NCBI GenBank assembly: GCA_963811165.1
Contig: CAWEQH010000009.1
Span: 32,001 to 96,000, forward strand
Direction of reading: 5' to 3'
DNA length: 64,000 bases
DNA from: an uncultured Nitrospiraceae bacterium
GTDB taxonomy: Bacteria > Nitrospirota > Thermodesulfovibrionia > Thermodesulfovibrionales > UBA6898
In this document: positions 59,550-64,000 of the stretch, piece after piece
How positions within the stretch are numbered: the first letter of the stretch is position 1
How the letters are laid out: each line of letters opens with the position of its first letter
Program-made: the position numbers and the translations under genes
The notes under the pieces: model-generated
What the model was told of the DNA's origin: nothing
The model's input: the letters and a program-made list of their open reading frames with translations, nothing else
Databases searched by the model: none

Positions 59550-60887
59550 ATGGACACCCTTACACCAAGGAAGATCGTTGAAGAGTTGAATAGGTTCATC
59601 ATCGGACAGGATAACGCGAAGAAGGCGGTCGCGGTCGCATTGAGGAACAGATGGAGAAGACAGAGGCTCGCTCCCGACCTTAAAGATGAAGTGCTTCCGA
59701 AAAATATTATCATGATCGGCCCGACCGGCGTCGGAAAGACCGAAATTGCGAGAAGGCTGTCGAAGCTCGCCAACGCCCCTTTCATGAAGGTCGAAGCGTC
59801 GAAGTTTACCGAGGTGGGTTATGTGGGACGAGATGTCGAATCGATGATAAGGGACCTCACCGAGATCTCCGTTAATATGGTGAAGGCCGAGCACCTCGAA
59901 AAGATAAGGGAAAAGGCCAAGCGCCTGGCTGAAGAGAGACTGCTTGACCTCCTGCTGCCCCAGCAGCGGGTCACGAGGACAGAGGTTGATGAACAGGAGA
60001 GAGAGCGGACCAGGGAGACCCGAGAGAGGCTGAGGGAGCAGCTGCGAAGCGGCAAGCTCGATGCGCGCTATGTGGATGTCGAGGTCAGGGAGAAGACTAT
60101 GCCTTTTGGGGTGATCTCGAACGTCGGACTCGAGGACCTCGAAATGAACCTTAAGTCGATGCTCGGCAACCTGCTTCCGGAGAAGTCGAAAAGGAAAAAG
60201 GTGAAGATCCCCGAGGCACTTGTGTTACTTGAGCAGGAGGAGTCGAATAAACTGATCGATATGGACAAGATCACTCAGGATGCGGTCGAGCGTGTCGAGC
60301 AGACCGGGATTGTTTTCCTCGATGAAATTGATAAGATCGCGTCGAAGGGCGGCGGCTATGGCCCTGATGTATCGAGGGAAGGGGTACAGCGGGACCTTCT
60401 GCCGATTGTCGAGGGCTCGACGGTGACGACGAAATACGGGCCGGTCAGGACAGAGCACATACTTTTTATCGCCTCCGGGGCTTTTCATATGACGAAACCT
60501 TCGGACCTTATCCCGGAGCTTCAGGGCAGGTTTCCGATACGTGTTGAGCTCGAACCCCTGGGCAAGGCCGAATTCAAAAGGATCCTGACCGAACCCCATA
60601 ACGCACTCGTCAGGCAGTATACAGCTTTGCTTGCCACGGAAGAAGTGGAAATCAATTTTCTCGACGAATCGGTCGACGAGATAGCCGAGATCGCGGCCCT
60701 CGTCAACGACAAGACCGAAAACATAGGCGCAAGAAGGCTGCACACCATACTCGAAAAGCTGCTGGAAGACATTTCCTTCGAGGCGCCCGAGAAGCCCCAT
60801 ACAAAACTCAATATCGACAGAACATATGTCAGGGAAAAACTGACCGATATCGTGAAGGACGAGGACCTGAGCCGATATATCTTGTAG
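59550..60887 (+). CDS. hslU: ATP-dependent protease ATPase HslU
   Basis: [41 protein letters not shown]. Confidence 0.97.
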   Translation: MDTLTPRKIVEELNRFIIGQDNAKKAVAVALRNRWRRQRLAPDLKDEVLPKNIIMIGPTGVGKTEIARRLSKLANAPFMKVEASKFTEVGYVGRDVESMIRDLTEISVNMVKAEHLEKIREKAKRLAEERLLDLLLPQQRVTRTEVDEQERERTRETRERLREQLRSGKLDARYVDVEVREKTMPFGVISNVGLEDLEMNLKSMLGNLLPEKSKRKKVKIPEALVLLEQEESNKLIDMDKITQDAVERVEQTGIVFLDEIDKIASKGGGYGPDVSREGVQRDLLPIVEGSTVTTKYGPVRTEHILFIASGAFHMTKPSDLIPELQGRFPIRVELEPLGKAEFKRILTEPHNALVRQYTALLATEEVEINFLDESVDEIAEIAALVNDKTENIGARRLHTILEKLLEDISFEAPEKPHTKLNIDRTYVREKLTDIVKDEDLSRYIL

Positions 60888-60909
60888 CTCGTTTTCTTAT
60901 ACTGCGGAT

Positions 60910-61024
60910 AAGGAAGGAGATAGTATTCTCGCTCATTCTCGGTCCGCTTAGGCGGACCTCCGGGGGCTTTTCTCCCGATACTGACCGGGATAAAAGAAGC
61001 TGCTCGAATACCATGCCCTTCCTT
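60910..61024. repeat. Structured dispersed repeat, copy F
   Basis: aaggaaggagatagtattc/gaataccatgcccttcctt stem; tcgctcattctcgg...ctccgggg...gaagctgctc. Confidence 0.85.
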
Positions 61025-61059
61025 AAGGATAAAGTCTTCCGTAACGCGGGCGACGACCA

Positions 61060-61737
61060 TTGACGGAAAAAATGACGGACAGAATCGCGGCAATATTGTT
61101 TTTTTTGTTCGTGGCTGGGTTGTGCGCTTGCTCGACATCAAGACAGGAAGTGGGTCCGGGGTCCGGTGTTGCCGTTGCCTCCTGGTACGGCCCTGATTTT
61201 CAGGGCAGGCCCACTTCTTCCGGCGAGATATTTAATATGTATTCCCTTACCTGCGCCCATAGGACCTATCCCTTCGGCACTAAACTCAAGGTTACCAATA
61301 CCGCCAATAAAAAGAGTGTGGAGTGCATCGTCAATGACAGGGGGCCGTTTGCAGCAGGGAGAGACCTCGACCTTTCATATGCGGCTGCCAGGGAGATCGG
61401 AGTGACGGGTCCCGGAACCGCCGAAGTTCTTATCGAGGTCAATGGCAGAGACAGTTCTTATATCAGGAAGGTGAGGGTACAGGCGGCCGCGAAGTCGGGC
61501 CCTTTTGCGATACAGGTCGGCTCCTTTAGCGAAGGCGTCAATGCGATAAGGTTGAAGAAGGCGCTCAATCTGAAATACGGGAATGTCTATATCCAGGAAG
61601 TTGAGATAAAGGGCGCGACCTATTATCGGGTGAGAGTGGGCAATTACGATGCATTACCGGATGCGGTTTTAGCGGCTGAACAGCTTGGACAAGAAGGATA
61701 TCCGGCCCAGGTAGTCAGGGCGGATACGAAGATCTGA
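61060..61737 (+). CDS. rlpA: RlpA lytic transglycosylase lipoprotein with SPOR domain
   Basis: Lipobox; ASWYG, AHRTYPFGT, VNDRGPF, DLSYAAA; IQVGSF, YRVRVG. Confidence 0.92.
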   Translation: MTEKMTDRIAAILFFLFVAGLCACSTSRQEVGPGSGVAVASWYGPDFQGRPTSSGEIFNMYSLTCAHRTYPFGTKLKVTNTANKKSVECIVNDRGPFAAGRDLDLSYAAAREIGVTGPGTAEVLIEVNGRDSSYIRKVRVQAAAKSGPFAIQVGSFSEGVNAIRLKKALNLKYGNVYIQEVEIKGATYYRVRVGNYDALPDAVLAAEQLGQEGYPAQVVRADTKI

Positions 61738-61817
61738 GACCGCCGAGTTTCAGCCTGACCGGCGTCATTATGCATGCCGGCTGTAAAAAAAAATCTGTTT
61801 TGATGTAAAATTCCAAT

Positions 61818-62402
61818 ATGAAAAAATACGAAGATGTGGTGGAATTTCACGGACATTCCTGTCCCGGGCTTGCTCTTGGCTACAGGGTCTCGTTGCGGGC
61901 ACTCAGGGAGTTTAAGAGAAGGTCTCAAGACGAGGAACTCGTTGCGATAGTCGAAAACAATTCCTGCGCGGTTGACGCGGTCCAGCTCATGACAGGTTGC
62001 ACCTTCGGAAAAGGCAACCTTATTTTCAGAGACTTCGGCAAACAGGTCTATACTTTCCTTATGCGTCCTTCGGGAAAAGGCATCAGGATTTCGGTAGACT
62101 GGAAGCGACTTTCCGAGACGGAGGATGAAAAGGCCCTTTGGGACAAGTACGCCAAAGGAGACCGGTCAAAAAAGGTGGTGCAGTTCGTCCACGGCAAGAA
62201 GACGGCCAGGGTGCGGCATATACTCGATATGGATGAGAGAGAGCTCATGAGGGTGACAAGGCCGAAGGAGAAACTTCCTCCTGAGGCGGAGATCTACCGG
62301 AGCATCGTCTGCGATGGCTGCGGGGAGAAGACAGCCGAGCCGAAGGTGAGAATAAAGGACGGAAGATTATTGTGCATCCCGTGTATGGAAGGGAAGAACT
62401 AA
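61818..62402 (+). CDS. FmdE-family protein with C-terminal zinc finger
   Basis: FHGHSCPGLALG, CAVDAVQ..TGCTFGKGNL, CDGCGE...CIPC. Confidence 0.9.
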   Translation: MKKYEDVVEFHGHSCPGLALGYRVSLRALREFKRRSQDEELVAIVENNSCAVDAVQLMTGCTFGKGNLIFRDFGKQVYTFLMRPSGKGIRISVDWKRLSETEDEKALWDKYAKGDRSKKVVQFVHGKKTARVRHILDMDERELMRVTRPKEKLPPEAEIYRSIVCDGCGEKTAEPKVRIKDGRLLCIPCMEGKN

Positions 62403-63283
62403 TGGAAGAAATTATCAGGAAAGCCGAGATACTTATCGATGCGTTGCCTTATATCAGGAACTTTTACGGCAAGACCTTTGTCATAAAATACGGAGGGGCC
62501 GCGCAGACTGAGGAGAGTCTGAAGGAGTCGTTTGCCAAAGACGTTGTCATGATGAATTACATCGGCATCCATACGGTCATCGTTCACGGCGGCGGTCCGA
62601 AGATATCCGCCGTGATGCAGAAGATGGGGAAAAAGCCCGAGTTCGTAGACGGGCAGAGGGTGACGGACCAGGAGACGATGGACATCGTCGAGATGGTACT
62701 CGGAGGACTCATCAATAAGGAGATCGTTTCCCTTATAAACAGGCACGGCGGGAAGGCGGTAGGGCTGAGCGGAAAGGACGGGGGCATGATCCGCGCCCAG
62801 AAGAAGATGATCAAGAAACCTGCTCCTGAGACCGGGGTGGGGGAGATAATCGATCTGGGCCTTGTGGGAGAAGTGACATCCGTAGATCCGTCGGTGATAG
62901 ACGGTCTCGACAAGGGCGGCTTTATCCCTGTTGTTGCGCCGATAGGGGCAGGCCCAAAGGGCGAGACCCTGAACATCAACGCAGACTACGTCGCCTCAGC
63001 GATCGCATCAGCGCTTAAGTCCGAAAAGCTTGTTTTGCTCACCGACGTCCCGGGACTGCTCGACAAAAAGGGCAAGACGATATCGACGCTGAAGAAAGGC
63101 CGGATCGATAAATTGATAAAGGACGGCACGATCTCCGGAGGCATGCTTCCCAAGGTCACTGCCTGCATGAACGCCATCGCGGGCGGCGTGAACAAGACGC
63201 ATATCGTCGACGGAAGGGTGCCCCACTGTCTTTTGCTTGAGATATTCACCAAAGAGGGCATAGGGACGGAGATACTTGTTTAA
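62402..63283 (+). CDS. argB: Acetylglutamate kinase
   Basis: VIKYGG, VHGGGP, NINAD, LTDVPG, GGMLPK, LLEIFT.EGIGT. Confidence 0.96.
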   Translation: MEEIIRKAEILIDALPYIRNFYGKTFVIKYGGAAQTEESLKESFAKDVVMMNYIGIHTVIVHGGGPKISAVMQKMGKKPEFVDGQRVTDQETMDIVEMVLGGLINKEIVSLINRHGGKAVGLSGKDGGMIRAQKKMIKKPAPETGVGEIIDLGLVGEVTSVDPSVIDGLDKGGFIPVVAPIGAGPKGETLNINADYVASAIASALKSEKLVLLTDVPGLLDKKGKTISTLKKGRIDKLIKDGTISGGMLPKVTACMNAIAGGVNKTHIVDGRVPHCLLLEIFTKEGIGTEILV

Positions 63284-64000
63284 TCCATATACTGCAGTAT
63301 TGATAATCCTCGGAGCGGTACTCGGCGGCTTCGTGGCCTATATCATAGTCTCTTCCCGCCTTAAAGAATTCTACTCTAAGAAGATCGGCGAAGAACAGAT
63401 GAAGCAATCTGAAGTCGTCGCGAAGGCAAACAGCGCGGAGGCGGTCAACGGGGAGTTACGACGGCAGATCACGCAGAAAGATGCCGACCTTGAGCGGCTG
63501 CAGCGCGAGCTCGACAAAGAACGGGAAGTGAAGGCGCGGCTTGAAGAGGGGCAGAAATACCTTAAAGAGCAAATCGATCGTTTCGAAGAAATGGAGACCA
63601 AGCTGGGGGAAACGTTCAAGGCCCTTTCGCTCGATGCCCTGGCCAGGAACTCCGACGAGTTCAAAAAATACGGGGAGGAGTTTATTAAGCTTGCGGAAGA
63701 AAAGCTCAAATCCCAAACGGTCGAAGGCGAGAAAGAGCTGGAGGGAAAAAAGGGGCTCATCGACCAAAACATCCAGGCCATAGGAAAGACCCTGGCCGAG
63801 GTCCAAAAGAGGATTGAAGATGTCGGTAAAACCAGCGGTGAGAAGTTCTCCGAGGTATCGATGCTCATCAAAAAGCATGAAGAAGTAACTGTCAAACTGA
63901 AGGATACCACTGACCATCTGCGGCACGCCTTTGCGAGTTCCAAAAAAAGGGGGGAGTGGGGCGAGCGCATGGCGGAAGACGTTATCAGGCTGATAGGGAT
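63276..64000 (+). CDS. rmuC: RmuC-family protein (3' truncated by window edge)
   Basis: TTG start after ggag; N-terminal TM, coiled coil, FKALSLDAL, SSKKRGEWGE; frame open to the end. Confidence 0.85.
   Translation, partial: MFNPYTAVLIILGAVLGGFVAYIIVSSRLKEFYSKKIGEEQMKQSEVVAKANSAEAVNGELRRQITQKDADLERLQRELDKEREVKARLEEGQKYLKEQIDRFEEMETKLGETFKALSLDALARNSDEFKKYGEEFIKLAEEKLKSQTVEGEKELEGKKGLIDQNIQAIGKTLAEVQKRIEDVGKTSGEKFSEVSMLIKKHEEVTVKLKDTTDHLRHAFASSKKRGEWGERMAEDVIRLIG

Noticed and set aside
56463..61770. Shared gtttcagccYgRcc in small hairpins near 56478 and 61748
   Set aside because: Only two short matches; may be REP remnants but support is insufficient
1..64000. tRNA or rRNA genes
   Set aside because: None recognised by eye; a tRNAscan-SE/Infernal run is needed to exclude them

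Overview
Bacterial chromosomal window. Gene order (pgpA-cinA-thpR-recA-pilT/U-recX-alaS; trmFO-xerC-hslVU...argB; lysS-lolCE-lolD) suggests a Nitrospirota or Desulfobacterota-like organism (inference). It holds housekeeping clusters, two RND efflux operons and a ~12.5 kb metal-handling island framed by two FixH/YtkA-like paralogs. Most notable: (1) a dispersed family of 110-140 bp intergenic elements (6 full copies, 1 rearranged) with a conserved unpaired core, covarying stems and strand-biased G-U/G-T pairing, which I cannot assign to a known RNA or REP family; (2) an integrase-less integron array at 37.3-39.1 kb with an attI-like site, a Pc-like promoter, three 91-bp attC sites and four cassettes; (3) a GroES fused to a histone-H1-like tail; (4) a VapC with two catalytic Asp replaced by Gly; (5) a phosphoketolase collapsed to 54 codons. 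Single-base lesions in recA, recX, xerC and an RND permease may be assembly errors. All product calls come from motif recognition, not database searches.
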